A DNA stretch of 64,000 nucleotides from Trueperaceae bacterium (GTDB taxonomy: Bacteria > Deinococcota > Deinococci > Deinococcales > Trueperaceae). The stretch covers positions 64,001-128,000 of the forward strand of contig CBDCDZ010000004.1 of the NCBI GenBank assembly GCA_965215565.1, in the 5' to 3' direction. Positions 40,874 to 50,708 of the stretch are shown here, one piece after another (position 1 is the first letter of the stretch; the number at the start of each line of letters is the position of its first letter). Both the position numbers and the translations under genes were made by a program. The notes under the pieces were generated by a model. The model was not told the origin of the DNA. It ran no database searches and worked only from the letters and a program-made list of their open reading frames with translations.

Positions 40874-41878
40874 ATGAAAAGGCATTCCTCCAAACGCATC
40901 ACCTCAACCGACGTCGCCCGCGCCGCAGGCGTCTCCCAATCCGTCGTCTCACGCGCCTTTGATCCCAACGGCAAAGTGGCTGCGCAGACAAGAACACACG
41001 TTTTAGAGGTTGCCAAACGCTTAGGCTATCAACCTAACATCTACGCCCGCAGCCTCGTCATGCAAAAAGCGAGTATCGTCGGCATCATCGTCGGCAACTT
41101 GGAAAACCCTTTTTACCCGAGCGTCTTGATGCACTTTTCCGAGGCGTTGCAGCGGCAGGGGCGGCAGGTGCTTCTCTTTTCGACGAAGGACGAAGAAGAG
41201 GTTGGCAATGCCCTTCTACAAGCCCTCCAGTACCGAGTAGAAGCTGTGATTGTTACTTCGGTAACGTTGACCTCGAGCATCACTCAAATTCTCGAGAAAA
41301 GTCAAGTTCCCATCTTTCTCTTCAACCGTACATTAGAAAACGCCCCGCTTCCCTCAGTTTCGTGTGACAACGTCGCAGGCGGGCGGCTCGTCGCGGATAC
41401 GTTTTTAGAGGCAGGACATGAACGCTTCACTTTTATCGGCGGTACGCCCAATACTTCAACGAACAGGGATAGAAGACGCGGCTTCTTAGAGCGGTTACAA
41501 GAGGTCGGTGCGCCTTGTATCTCGGTAGAAGGAACATACAGCTACGACTGGGGTTATGAGGCGCTCGAGCAACTCTCAGAATTACCCGACGCTATCTTCT
41601 GCGCGAACGACATCATCGCGTTAGGTGTGCTCGACGCCTTACGTCTGGAAGAGGTGCGCGTGCCCGAAGAGGTTGCCGTCATTGGTTTCGACGACATCGC
41701 TGAGGCGCGGCGTCCTGCCTATTCGCTCACGACGGTTCGGCAGCCTGTGGGGGCGATGATTGAAGCGACGTTAGGGTTATTAGAGAAATCTACGCCTAAA
41801 ACCCAACTGCTAAGAGGTCAGCTCGTTGAGCGGGCTTCCTCGAGACCCGTCAAAGAGGTTGCAGGGGCAGTCCGGTGA
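40874..41878 (+). CDS. LacI family transcriptional regulator
   Basis: TSTDVARAAGVSQSVVSRA HTH, LGYQPN, VIGFDD. Confidence 0.95.
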   Translation: MKRHSSKRITSTDVARAAGVSQSVVSRAFDPNGKVAAQTRTHVLEVAKRLGYQPNIYARSLVMQKASIVGIIVGNLENPFYPSVLMHFSEALQRQGRQVLLFSTKDEEEVGNALLQALQYRVEAVIVTSVTLTSSITQILEKSQVPIFLFNRTLENAPLPSVSCDNVAGGRLVADTFLEAGHERFTFIGGTPNTSTNRDRRRGFLERLQEVGAPCISVEGTYSYDWGYEALEQLSELPDAIFCANDIIALGVLDALRLEEVRVPEEVAVIGFDDIAEARRPAYSLTTVRQPVGAMIEATLGLLEKSTPKTQLLRGQLVERASSRPVKEVAGAVR

Positions 41879-41923
41879 GTTCGTTATCCATTCGACTTAA
41901 AAAGGAAAAGAAGAGGTGAAAAC

Positions 41924-42676
41924 ATCAGCGTAGATTCGCAAGAAGGAAAAGTCGCCGTCGTCACAGGCGCGGCGGGCGGCATCGGCTCGTCCGTCACGAA
42001 GCGGCTGGCAGAGGCGGGTTACAGCGTTGTCTTAACGTACCGGAGTTCTCAGGAGGACGCGGAAGCGTTGGCTGAAAAGTTGCCGGGGGAGAATCACGCC
42101 GTCTTACCTCTTAGCGTGGGGGACAGCTCGAGCGCGAACTCCTTAGCCGAAGAGGTCAAAACTCGCTACGGCAGACTCGACCTCTTGGTGAATAACGCAG
42201 GCATGACCCGCTACGTTGCCCACGACGACCTGGACGGTTTAGACGACGAGCTTATCGACCAAGTGTTCCGCGTCAACTGGCGCGGCGCGTTCGCGTGTGT
42301 CCGTGCGTTTAAGGACTTGCTAATGGACGGTGACGGCGGTTTAGTCGTCAATATCTCATCCATCGCCGGAACGACGGGCGAAGGGAGCAACGTCGCCTAC
42401 TGCGCGTCGAAAGCAGCTCTCGATTCGATGACACGCTCGCTGGCGCGTGCTCTAGCGCCGCAGATTCGCGCCGTATCGGTTGCACCCGGGCTCGTCGAGG
42501 GCGACTACGCCAAGAAACTCGACCCCGAATGGCGGCAAGCGCAGATTGAGGACACCCCCCTTCGCCGCCTCGCCGAAGCGGAGGACGTAGCGAACGCCGT
42601 GCTCGCACTCGCCACCCTCTTACCTTTCACAACAGGAAACATCATCCACGTGGACGGCGGACGACCTCTTAGTTAG
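41924..42676 (+). CDS. SDR family oxidoreductase lacking a canonical start codon
   Basis: KVAVVTGAAGGIG lies in frame upstream of the listed ORF; NNAG, YCASK; the codon after SD GAGGTG is ATC at 41924. Confidence 0.85.
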   Translation: MSVDSQEGKVAVVTGAAGGIGSSVTKRLAEAGYSVVLTYRSSQEDAEALAEKLPGENHAVLPLSVGDSSSANSLAEEVKTRYGRLDLLVNNAGMTRYVAHDDLDGLDDELIDQVFRVNWRGAFACVRAFKDLLMDGDGGLVVNISSIAGTTGEGSNVAYCASKAALDSMTRSLARALAPQIRAVSVAPGLVEGDYAKKLDPEWRQAQIEDTPLRRLAEAEDVANAVLALATLLPFTTGNIIHVDGGRPLS

Positions 42677-42797
42677 GGCGGTGTACCACGTTTTGCGGAC
42701 GCAGTAAGACGACAACTGTAAAGAACGCAAGTCAGTCCTTGTGTAAGCACAAAACGGGACACCTTTTAGTCAGGTGTTGAGCAGTTAGGAGCTAAGT

Positions 42798-43994
42798 ATG
42801 AGCGACCAAAGCGCCCAAAACACGCAGAAGAAGTCGAAGAACCGTTCCTCAACCTCTTTAGTATCAAAAGGCGAAAAGTCCCTCTCGCCCTCCAAGATGC
42901 CCAGCGACTTCTCCATCTCGCTCGCAGCAAAGGGCGGCACCGACAACCTCCTCTACCCCACAGGTGAACGCCAACAGAGTATGCGCGGCTTCGAGGATAC
43001 GTATATCGACATCGTAGATTACATCGTCCGCATCACGCATAAAATCTGGGAGGAGAAGAGCGTCGGCTACATCTACGACACCTACGCGCACAACTCAAAA
43101 GTCACGGACGACTACGGCTTGCAGTATGGGCGCGACAAAATCGTGGCGGACACGCTCCACACGATTAACGCTTTTCCCGACGTGCGCCTCTTCGCCGATG
43201 AGATCGTTTGGGCGGGCGACGACGAGACGGGCTTTCGCACCTCGCACCGCTGCCTCATCATGGGGCACAACACGGGCTACAGCGTTTACGGTCCGCCGAC
43301 GGGACGCAAGGTGGCGGTCTGGTGCACCGCGGACTGCACCGTGAAAGAAAACGAAATCGTCGAGGAGTGGGTGATCTACAACAACTCGAGCCTCGTGACT
43401 CAACTCGGCTTGAACTTGCGCGAGCAGGCGCGGCGCTTGGGCAATGAGATGCAAGAGGACGTAAAAAACGGTCTAAACGATTTGGCGTTCGGCGAACCTG
43501 AAAGGCTTTTAGGACAGGGAAAACCGTCTCAGCTCGAGCCCCCCTCTGGCGCATTCGACGTAGACACCTTTCTACGCTACGCCTACCACACGGTCTGGAA
43601 CTGGCGAAAGCTCGACTTCATCAAAGAGGTCTACGCGCCCACCATGCGCTTCTTCGGTCCAACCGACCGCAAGCTCTACGGGCGCGGCGCGTACCAAACC
43701 TTCGTCCTCTCCCTCCTCGCTATGTTCCCCGATCTCTCCTTCAAGATTGACGACCTCTACTGGATGGGCAACGACGACGAGGGCTACTTGACCTCTTTGA
43801 GATGGAGCGTCGTCGGTACACACCGGGGTTACGGCGTCTACGGCAAACCGACGGGGCGGCGCGTGCACGTCTGGGGTGTCACGCAGCACGTGATTCGAGA
43901 GGGTGTGATTACGCAAGAGTGGATGCTCTTTAACGAGTTCGAGGTGATGCAGCAGCTTTTCCGGGATGAAGCGCTGAGTGAAATGGACGCTTAA
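42798..43994 (+). CDS. Tandem SnoaL/ester-cyclase (NTF2-like) two-domain protein 1
   Basis: Two repeats of (A/M)FPD...G(H/T)(N/H)xGYxxYGxPTGR...EW. Confidence 0.85.
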   Translation: MSDQSAQNTQKKSKNRSSTSLVSKGEKSLSPSKMPSDFSISLAAKGGTDNLLYPTGERQQSMRGFEDTYIDIVDYIVRITHKIWEEKSVGYIYDTYAHNSKVTDDYGLQYGRDKIVADTLHTINAFPDVRLFADEIVWAGDDETGFRTSHRCLIMGHNTGYSVYGPPTGRKVAVWCTADCTVKENEIVEEWVIYNNSSLVTQLGLNLREQARRLGNEMQEDVKNGLNDLAFGEPERLLGQGKPSQLEPPSGAFDVDTFLRYAYHTVWNWRKLDFIKEVYAPTMRFFGPTDRKLYGRGAYQTFVLSLLAMFPDLSFKIDDLYWMGNDDEGYLTSLRWSVVGTHRGYGVYGKPTGRRVHVWGVTQHVIREGVITQEWMLFNEFEVMQQLFRDEALSEMDA

Positions 43995-44060
43995 CCGAGT
44001 AGCGAAGGTGGCGGAAAAGGGATCTATAAGGGGTTGATTTCTCAAATTAAAGTGCAAAAG

Positions 44061-44255
44061 GTAGCAGGTTACTTCGTAAAGCTCCGCGCAATCATCTGGT
44101 CAGCTTGGGCGAAGCCATTCCCGGAGGGAAACTTCGTAAGCGAAGCAACACTCTCACTAAAGAAACATCACTCTCACTAAAGAGAACATCGCTTAGCACG
44201 CACTTTCAGGGATGGTATCTGCGGAGAAGTGCAGCAACGATAAGTGGAACTGCTA
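44061..44255 (+). repeat. MITE-like repeat family B
   Basis: TAGCAGGTTACTTCGTA...ATCATCTGGTCAG...TAGCACGCACTT...GTGGAACTGCTA, colinear with the reverse complement of 58639-58793; TAGCAG terminal IR. Confidence 0.75.
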
Positions 44256-44702
44256 AGGGTATAGGAAAGAGGACTCGAGCCTACCCCTCAGCAACTTCAG
44301 AACCGAGTATTACAACCCCAAAAAACGGGTGTATGTGGTCTAAGTGAATCATTACACTTGTTTTTGCAGTAACCTGAAGCACTATTCTCATAGACAAAGC
44401 CGCAAATGTGACGTAAGATGAAGCTGGGTTTGTAGGAGTGAGGGCTCGAGCGTCCGCTCGCTTCACAGCGTGAGTCTAAGGTGCAAGCTTGCAATGCAGA
44501 AGGATACAAACCGATATGGAGTTTATTTGCGCAATCTCTTCCCTAAATCATCACGCCCAATGAGCGAAAATCCAACTTTCGCTTCTGCAGTACATCCCAC
44601 AAAAAATAAATATCAATGTGGCATTTAACAGATGTATGTAGCAAACTGAATGCGGGCTACTAGACTAATACGGAAGTATAAATATTCAAGGAGTGGTATT
44701 TC

Positions 44703-45932
44703 ATGAAAGCCGACGAGGACACCCAGAAACAACCTGACCCCCATCACCAGCACGGGCATCACCAGCATGGGCATCATCAACATGGGCACTCTTCTTTTGA
44801 CGCGCGGTCCGTCCAGCCTGTATCCGACATGAGCAGCGCGGACATCAGCAAATTCATGGCGGGTTCACAAAAGGGTAAGTCGCACCCTCTCAAAGGTTTC
44901 GACGAGGACTATACTGACATTGTGGATTATATCGTTCGCAGCACCCATAAGATATGGGAAGAGAAGGGCATCGGGCTCATCTACACGCACTACCGCCACA
45001 ACGTCCTGATTCACACCTCAGACGGCATGACGTACGGGCGCGATAAGGTCATCGCCGACTCTATAAAGACGATGGCGGCATTTCCCGACGTGCGCCTCTA
45101 CGCCGACGATGTGATTTGGGCGGGCAACGACGAGGACGGCTTTCATTCCTCGCACCGCATCGTCTGGGTCGGGCACAATACGGGCTACAGCATCTACGGT
45201 CCACCCACCGGACGCAAGGTCGTGCGGCGCGGCGTCGCGCACTGTTTTGTCAAGGAAAACCGCATCATCGAGGAGTGGATTTCTAGGGATGAACTCGCGC
45301 TAGTCAGACAGCTCGGCTTCAATGAGTTCGACCTCGCCCGCAAGCACGCCGCGCAAGACGCCGCGAAGGGCATTAAAGGACCGGAGTCGCGTGCGCACGG
45401 CGAAGTCGAAAGGCTGTGGGGACAGAGTCCGCCCGAGTGGATGGAGCCCAAGCAGGGCGACGGCTTCGACGTCGAGGACTTCGTTGAGCGCAGCATCCAT
45501 GAAATCTGGAACTGGCGGCTGTTGGGGCGGGTGGGGCTGTACTACTCGAGAAACTATCTCTGCCACACCTCCACGAACCGCACGCTCTACGGCTTAGGCG
45601 ACTTCAAGGCGAATATCTTGGCGCTCCTAGCCGCCTTCCCCGACGCCGCCATGCGCGTCGACCACGTCTGCTGGCTCGGCAATGATGAGGAGGGCTACCG
45701 CGTCGCCACCCGCTGGACGCTGCAAGGCACCCACGACGGACCCGGCATGTACGGCGAGCCGACGGGTCAGCGCATCACGCTCATGGGCATCACGCACCAG
45801 GTGATTAAGGACGGCAAGTTCATCAAGGAGTGGACCGCGTTTGACGAATTTGCGCTCTTGAAGCAACTTTATTGGCCCAAGGATGAGTATGAGATGGAGC
45901 GGGCGTTGGGGCGGAGCGGGTTGCCGCTGTAG
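44703..45932 (+). CDS. Tandem SnoaL/ester-cyclase protein 2 with His-rich N-terminus
   Basis: Paralog of 42798-43994 (DIVDYIVRxTHKIWEEK shared); (HHQHG)x3 near the N-terminus. Confidence 0.85.
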   Translation: MKADEDTQKQPDPHHQHGHHQHGHHQHGHSSFDARSVQPVSDMSSADISKFMAGSQKGKSHPLKGFDEDYTDIVDYIVRSTHKIWEEKGIGLIYTHYRHNVLIHTSDGMTYGRDKVIADSIKTMAAFPDVRLYADDVIWAGNDEDGFHSSHRIVWVGHNTGYSIYGPPTGRKVVRRGVAHCFVKENRIIEEWISRDELALVRQLGFNEFDLARKHAAQDAAKGIKGPESRAHGEVERLWGQSPPEWMEPKQGDGFDVEDFVERSIHEIWNWRLLGRVGLYYSRNYLCHTSTNRTLYGLGDFKANILALLAAFPDAAMRVDHVCWLGNDEEGYRVATRWTLQGTHDGPGMYGEPTGQRITLMGITHQVIKDGKFIKEWTAFDEFALLKQLYWPKDEYEMERALGRSGLPL

Positions 45933-46122
45933 AAGCAATTGCAAGAGGTCACAACTCTCTTGTGGCTGACAACCTGAGAAGACAAAAGGTAGAATAGGAA
46001 ACGCAGACGTTCGAGCTTCCCGTTCTACCTTTTACATTGTTTGTCTTACCCTTCGCCTCGAGTCAACTTGGACATAGCCTTTTAGACATAGCTCGAGTCC
46101 CTCACTGAGAGAGGAAACCACC

Positions 46123-47280
46123 ATGTCAAATCCAAACCAACCTTATGACGTGATCGTTATCGGCGTCGGTGGCATGGGCAGCGCCACCATCTATGAACTC
46201 GCTAAACGGGGGAAACGGGTGTTGGGGCTCGAGCGCTTCGACGTCCCCCACGACATGGGCTCCTCGCACGGCGTCAACCGCATCATCCGCTTAGCGTACT
46301 ATGAGGACCCCTCGTACGTACCGCTGATGAAGCGGGCGTATGAGCGCTGGCGCGAGTTGGAAGCGGACACGGGCGAGCAGATTTTGCACATCACGGGCTC
46401 GGTGGACGCGGGACCAGAGGATAACGAGGTCTTTAAGGGCTCGTATGAGTCGTGTCTCGAGCATGATATCCCCCACGAGGTTTTAGACCACCGCGAACTC
46501 CACGAACGTTTTCCCGGCTATCAGCTTCCAAGAGGTCACTACGCCTTATACCAAGAGGAGGGCGGCTTTCTGCTGTCGGAGCGGTGCATCGTCAACCACG
46601 TCGAGGCGGCGCTATCAAGAGGTGCAGAGGTGCAGGCGCGTGAGCAAGTCTTGGATTGGGAAACTAAGAGCGGTCACGTTACCGTGCGCACCGAGCGCGG
46701 CGCGTACGAAGCGGGCTCCCTCGTCATCACGGCGGGCGCGTGGGCGTCGCACCTTGTTCCAGGCTTGGGCAAGCGGGCGCAAGCGGAGCGGCAGGCGTTG
46801 GGCTGGTTTCAGCCGCATCAGCCCGAGCTGTTCTCACCCGAACGCTTCCCCGTCTTCAACCTCTTGGTGGATGAAGGGCGCTACTACGGCTTTCCGGTCT
46901 ACGGCGTGCCTGGCTTCAAAATCGGGCGTTACCATCACCTAGACGAACAAGTGAACCCCGATGAGGTGGATAGAGGTCTCTACGCCGCAGATGAAGAGGT
47001 CTTGCGCGACTGCGTGGCGAACTACTTCCCCGAAGCGAACGGTAGGGCGATGATGATGAAAACCTGCATGTTCACCAACAGCCCCGACGAGCACTTCATC
47101 ATCGGGACGCACCCCGAGCACGCCAACGTGAGCTTTGCGGCGGGCTTTTCGGGGCATGGGTACAAGTTTTGCAGCGTGGTGGGTGAGATGATGAGCGACT
47201 TGGCATTGCAAGGTGAGACGCCGCTGCCGATTGACCTCTTTGATCCGAAGCGGTATTTGGCAGCGGAGGAGGTAGTGTGA
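46123..47280 (+). CDS. solA: Monomeric sarcosine / N-methyltryptophan oxidase family flavoprotein
   Basis: GVGGMG, GSSHGVNRIIR, flavinylation Cys in CMFTNSPD, GFSGHGYKF. Confidence 0.88.
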   Translation: MSNPNQPYDVIVIGVGGMGSATIYELAKRGKRVLGLERFDVPHDMGSSHGVNRIIRLAYYEDPSYVPLMKRAYERWRELEADTGEQILHITGSVDAGPEDNEVFKGSYESCLEHDIPHEVLDHRELHERFPGYQLPRGHYALYQEEGGFLLSERCIVNHVEAALSRGAEVQAREQVLDWETKSGHVTVRTERGAYEAGSLVITAGAWASHLVPGLGKRAQAERQALGWFQPHQPELFSPERFPVFNLLVDEGRYYGFPVYGVPGFKIGRYHHLDEQVNPDEVDRGLYAADEEVLRDCVANYFPEANGRAMMMKTCMFTNSPDEHFIIGTHPEHANVSFAAGFSGHGYKFCSVVGEMMSDLALQGETPLPIDLFDPKRYLAAEEVV

Positions 47281-47317
47281 TCACTTCGCCCCTTGAGCTT
47301 TGGAGTATGCTGTTAAT

Positions 47318-47518
47318 ATGAAAGTTCAAGTAACAAAAGAAGGCGTGACTATCCCTAAAGCCTTGCTTGAGGGCATCGACGCTGTTGAAATTCGCAAAGA
47401 GAACGATGTCATCACGGTTGTACCTCTTGCAGATGACCCTATTTTGGGACTCGGCAGTCAACCTGTTAAGGGCAACACCGCAGACGCCTCGGAGAATCAC
47501 GACGCTCACTTGTACTGA
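47318..47518 (+). CDS. AbrB-like antitoxin
   Basis: MKVQVTKEGVTIPK...DASENHDAHLY; TGATG-coupled to a PIN gene. Confidence 0.75.
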   Translation: MKVQVTKEGVTIPKALLEGIDAVEIRKENDVITVVPLADDPILGLGSQPVKGNTADASENHDAHLY

Positions 47519-47937
47519 TGGAACCTGCTTTCATGGACACGGGTTATCTGTTGGCTTTGGAGCTAACGGATGATCAGCATCATCAAGCAGCGTCATCCCA
47601 CTGGAGTCAGATAAAAGCCGAATTACCACGTCTTGTAACGACCTCTTACGTTTTCGATGAGGTCGTTACGTTTTTCAATAGCCGAGGTTTACACGCTAAA
47701 GCGGTAGACGTAGGCAACCGACTTCTGAAAAGTCCTTCCGTTGATTTTATTCAGGTTGATAAAGAGCTTTTTGAAGTGGCTTGGCAGTACTTTCAAAGAC
47801 ACGAAGACAAAGCCTATTCGCTTACCGACTGTGTTTCTTTTGTCGTTATGAAACAGCGGGGTATTCGCACCGCTTTGGCATTCGATAAGCACTTTGTTCG
47901 GGCGGGGTTCGCTACGCTACCCAAAGATGAAGTCTAG
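47518..47937 (+). CDS. vapC: PIN-domain toxin
   Basis: FMDTG, DE, SLTDC, AFDKHF. Confidence 0.9.
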   Translation: MEPAFMDTGYLLALELTDDQHHQAASSHWSQIKAELPRLVTTSYVFDEVVTFFNSRGLHAKAVDVGNRLLKSPSVDFIQVDKELFEVAWQYFQRHEDKAYSLTDCVSFVVMKQRGIRTALAFDKHFVRAGFATLPKDEV

Positions 47938-47997
47938 GAATGAAAGCTCGTTCCGATGCTTATAAACGCCGCCGCAAAAGGATAAGGAGGCATGAGG

Positions 47998-48168
47998 ATG
48001 AAGCAAAAGCAGAAGTTACCTGAAGGTTGGACCGAAGAGAGAATCAAGCGGGTGATTGACCACTACGAATCACAAACAGATGATGAAGCTATTGCTAAGG
48101 ACAAAGCGGCGTTTGCAGCCAAAGAAGAGCTTGTGCAAGTACCTATTGATGATGAGCATTTTTGCTGA
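47998..48168 (+). CDS. Small acidic protein, possibly an orphan antitoxin (not in the ORF track)
   Basis: RBS AAGGAGG; MKQKQKLPEGWTEERIKRVIDHYESQTDDEAIAKDKAAF... Confidence 0.5.
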   Translation: MKQKQKLPEGWTEERIKRVIDHYESQTDDEAIAKDKAAFAAKEELVQVPIDDEHFC

Positions 48169-48177
48169 CAGAAAAAC

Positions 48178-48693
48178 TTACTCTAAATCCGCTTGTTGCT
48201 CGAGCAGATCACTGACGTATTCCCAAAGGTTGAATATCTCCAGCCTGGTTTCGAAATATTCCTCCGTAACGTTGTCGTGTTTGAGCGATAACAAAATAGT
48301 TTGAGCTGCTTGCATCTCATGTCTCAAGGCGTTGAGAGCCTTGATTCTAGCCAAATCTTCTTTACTCTTAGACGTTTCGACCATCTCAACGAGGGAGTTG
48401 GAAAGGTCTATAAGCTCCCGAGAAATTTCTCGGTAATCGTTTAGCAACTCTTCAACTTGCTGAGATTCATCGGGCGGAAGTTGATCGAGAGTGAGTGTTT
48501 GATACTCTTCTGTACTAAAGTGTCTCCTGATCTTCAAGAAGAGCGAATTGGCTCGAGCTGTGAAAAATATACCATTGAGCGTTTGTCGCTCGAGCTTGAG
48601 CAAAGTAAGTTGTGTGTCGCTTAGCTGGGCAAAGCTGGCAGAAGATAGAAAAATCGACGCAAGACACAAAATAGTAACCGATAGCTTTTTCAC
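48178..48693 (-). CDS. Hypothetical secreted helical protein
   Basis: MKK...SFA-Q signal peptide, RBS GAGGAGG, AT-rich. Confidence 0.65.
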   Translation of the reverse strand: MKKLSVTILCLASIFLSSASFAQLSDTQLTLLKLERQTLNGIFFTARANSLFLKIRRHFSTEEYQTLTLDQLPPDESQQVEELLNDYREISRELIDLSNSLVEMVETSKSKEDLARIKALNALRHEMQAAQTILLSLKHDNVTEEYFETRLEIFNLWEYVSDLLEQQADLE

Positions 48694-49151
48694 TTCTAAC
48701 AGCCTCCTCGGGGTTGCATTGCATCAACCTTAACTCCGCTTTCCACCGTGTCCTATTGAAAAATTTACTGCGAAGATTGCTAGCTGGTAACACTCAAGAA
48801 ACCGAACTTGAAACTTGCTCAAACCTGCAAGAGGCAGTTGAACTCGTACTCGAGGCGAACTAAACCCTTGCAAACCCCCAAGCAAGTATGTTCTAATTTT
48901 CCGATACCACTTTTTAAGCGGTAGCACTTATTCAGAGTAACCGAGGGACTTGGACCTGTGACGTTGCAGCAACCAGCTTTCATGTAAGCGGGTGCTTCAT
49001 CTAACTTTGCTGTCCAAGCATGGCTGACATTAAAGCTGGAATTTCTTCGTGGTAGACAATTCATTCGTTAGCTGGTACAATCTTTGAGCTTAAACCGGGC
49101 TACGTTTCCAATAGGCAACCCGGTTTTCGCGCATCGGATACGTTAATCCTT

Positions 49152-49238
49152 GCCGGGATGGCGGAATCGGTAGACGCAACAGACTTAAAATCTGTCGGGC
49201 GAAAGCCTGTGCGGGTTCAAGTCCCGCTCTCGGCACCA
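49152..49238 (+). tRNA. tRNA-Leu(TAA)
   Basis: GCCGGGA acceptor stem, GG D-loop, ACAGA-CTTAAAA-TCTGT anticodon arm, long variable arm, GGTTCAAGTCC, CCA end. Confidence 0.97.
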
Positions 49239-49258
49239 CGTCAGGGATGTGAAAAGGT

Positions 49259-49297
49259 GAGGAAAACGGCGAGCTTTAGAAGCTCGCCGTTTTCCTC
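49259..49297 (+). terminator. Long perfect hairpin after tRNA-Leu
   Basis: GAGGAAAACGGCGAGCTT-TAG-AAGCTCGCCGTTTTCCTC. Confidence 0.65.
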
Positions 49298-49763
49298 GCT
49301 TGTGCGCCGCTTGTATGCCCAACCTTTCGCTACGTGCCTCTCGGCGGTGTGCCTACTTTGCTACTTCACGTTAGGGGAATCGACGACAGGCGTATTAGCA
49401 GGTATCATCTGGTCGGAGACGCTCTCACTATACGAAGCACCGTTTAGCATACACATTCTGAGATGATACCCTTGCCGGTTATGAAATTTTTGCGGATGCG
49501 AAAGGCAAAACTTCGTCCCTACGGGCTTTCAGAAAGCGACATTTTGTCTCAGTGTTTTGTGGAACTGCTATGTGAAGTGAGCTGTCTTGTGGTGAGGGTG
49601 CTGTCCAAAGCAAAAAAGGCTATAGGGGTGTATCTTCGCCCACGACTTCAGAACGCCCTTGACCTCGGTGCAGTGGCGGCGCGGAACTCTGGGTGGCGCT
49701 GCCCAAGCTCGGCGTCAGCGTTTAGTCGAAGAATGAGGTTGAGGCGTTAGCCTAACTTAGCGC

Positions 49764-50708
49764 TTAAAAGAACGACCTAACGCTCAGGTTGAAGGTGAGT
49801 ACCGTCGCCACTTCGCTGAAGCGTCCGCCTAAACTCGCAGCGAGTTCTTGCTCACCTAGCACGGTGTAGTTGAGGGTCGGGCTGAATTCAGCACCGCTGT
49901 TTGGAAAACCGATGCGAGCATCTATTGCTAGGCTCGAGTCCGCGTCTTGTAGCAGGGTGAGTTGCCCCGCCACACGCGCTGCTGCCGGACCCAAGTCGGG
50001 CGCTAAAGCGTCGGGCTCTAAGGGTGCGTACGCGCCTTCTAAAGTCCAAAGCCTGTCGCCTAAGTAGCCCGTTACGCCAAGCGCGCCCCGCGCGTCCACA
50101 GGATTTGTAAGCAGCCACCCTTCACCGTACACGACCAGCTCGCCAACCGAACCGCTGCCGCCTAAGCCTGCAACGAAACGGTCTTGGTATAGGGCTGTCG
50201 CTTCTAACTCAAACGCTCCAAAAGTCCGCCGCACGTTGATAAGTGGGATTACGCTGTCTCTGTAGAAGACTGCGCCGCGCACCCGGTAGTTCTCTGGAAA
50301 CCAAACAGCGCGCACCCCAGGCACGCCCAGTCGCACCCCTCTTTCGTTGATCTCCTCGACTGTGAAGGGCAAGGTGGCGCGGGCGTACTCGAGCGCCAAA
50401 CGTTCGCGCCCCGCGCTTAGTTCAACGTCTCCGAAAGAGGTCCGCGCGTAAAGCTCGGTCAGCCCCGGCTCCGCTGTAACCTCTTCGCTGAAGCGGAGGC
50501 TCGGGTCTAGCTCGAGATTAAACGTCACAGGCTCCAAGCGGTAGTCCGCTTCGACGTGCGCCGCCACCGTCCAGCCAACTTGCTCGTCTGAGCCGAGGAC
50601 GACAGTGGCGTCCTCGGCAACCTCTAGCTCACCTCTATAGTTGAGTTGCGCAAAGGATAAAGAAGGGGTGAGCAAAGCGAACATAAAGATAAGGGCGGCG
50701 TACCTCAT
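49764..50708 (-). CDS. Putative outer-membrane beta-barrel protein
   Basis: Signal peptide, alternating amphipathic strands, C-terminal Phe. Confidence 0.65.
   Translation of the reverse strand: MRYAALIFMFALLTPSLSFAQLNYRGELEVAEDATVVLGSDEQVGWTVAAHVEADYRLEPVTFNLELDPSLRFSEEVTAEPGLTELYARTSFGDVELSAGRERLALEYARATLPFTVEEINERGVRLGVPGVRAVWFPENYRVRGAVFYRDSVIPLINVRRTFGAFELEATALYQDRFVAGLGGSGSVGELVVYGEGWLLTNPVDARGALGVTGYLGDRLWTLEGAYAPLEPDALAPDLGPAAARVAGQLTLLQDADSSLAIDARIGFPNSGAEFSPTLNYTVLGEQELAASLGGRFSEVATVLTFNLSVRSFF

Noticed and set aside
48730..49064. Cys-rich short ORFs on the minus strand
   Set aside because: AT-rich, overlapping frames with no motif I can support; may be a decayed gene.
49152..49297. 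tRNA-Leu as an island integration site
   Set aside because: No integrase and no duplicated tRNA 3' end found in the window.
49158..49750. ORFs 49158-49466 and 49463-49750
   Set aside because: The first overlaps the tRNA and hairpin; neither has recognisable motifs.
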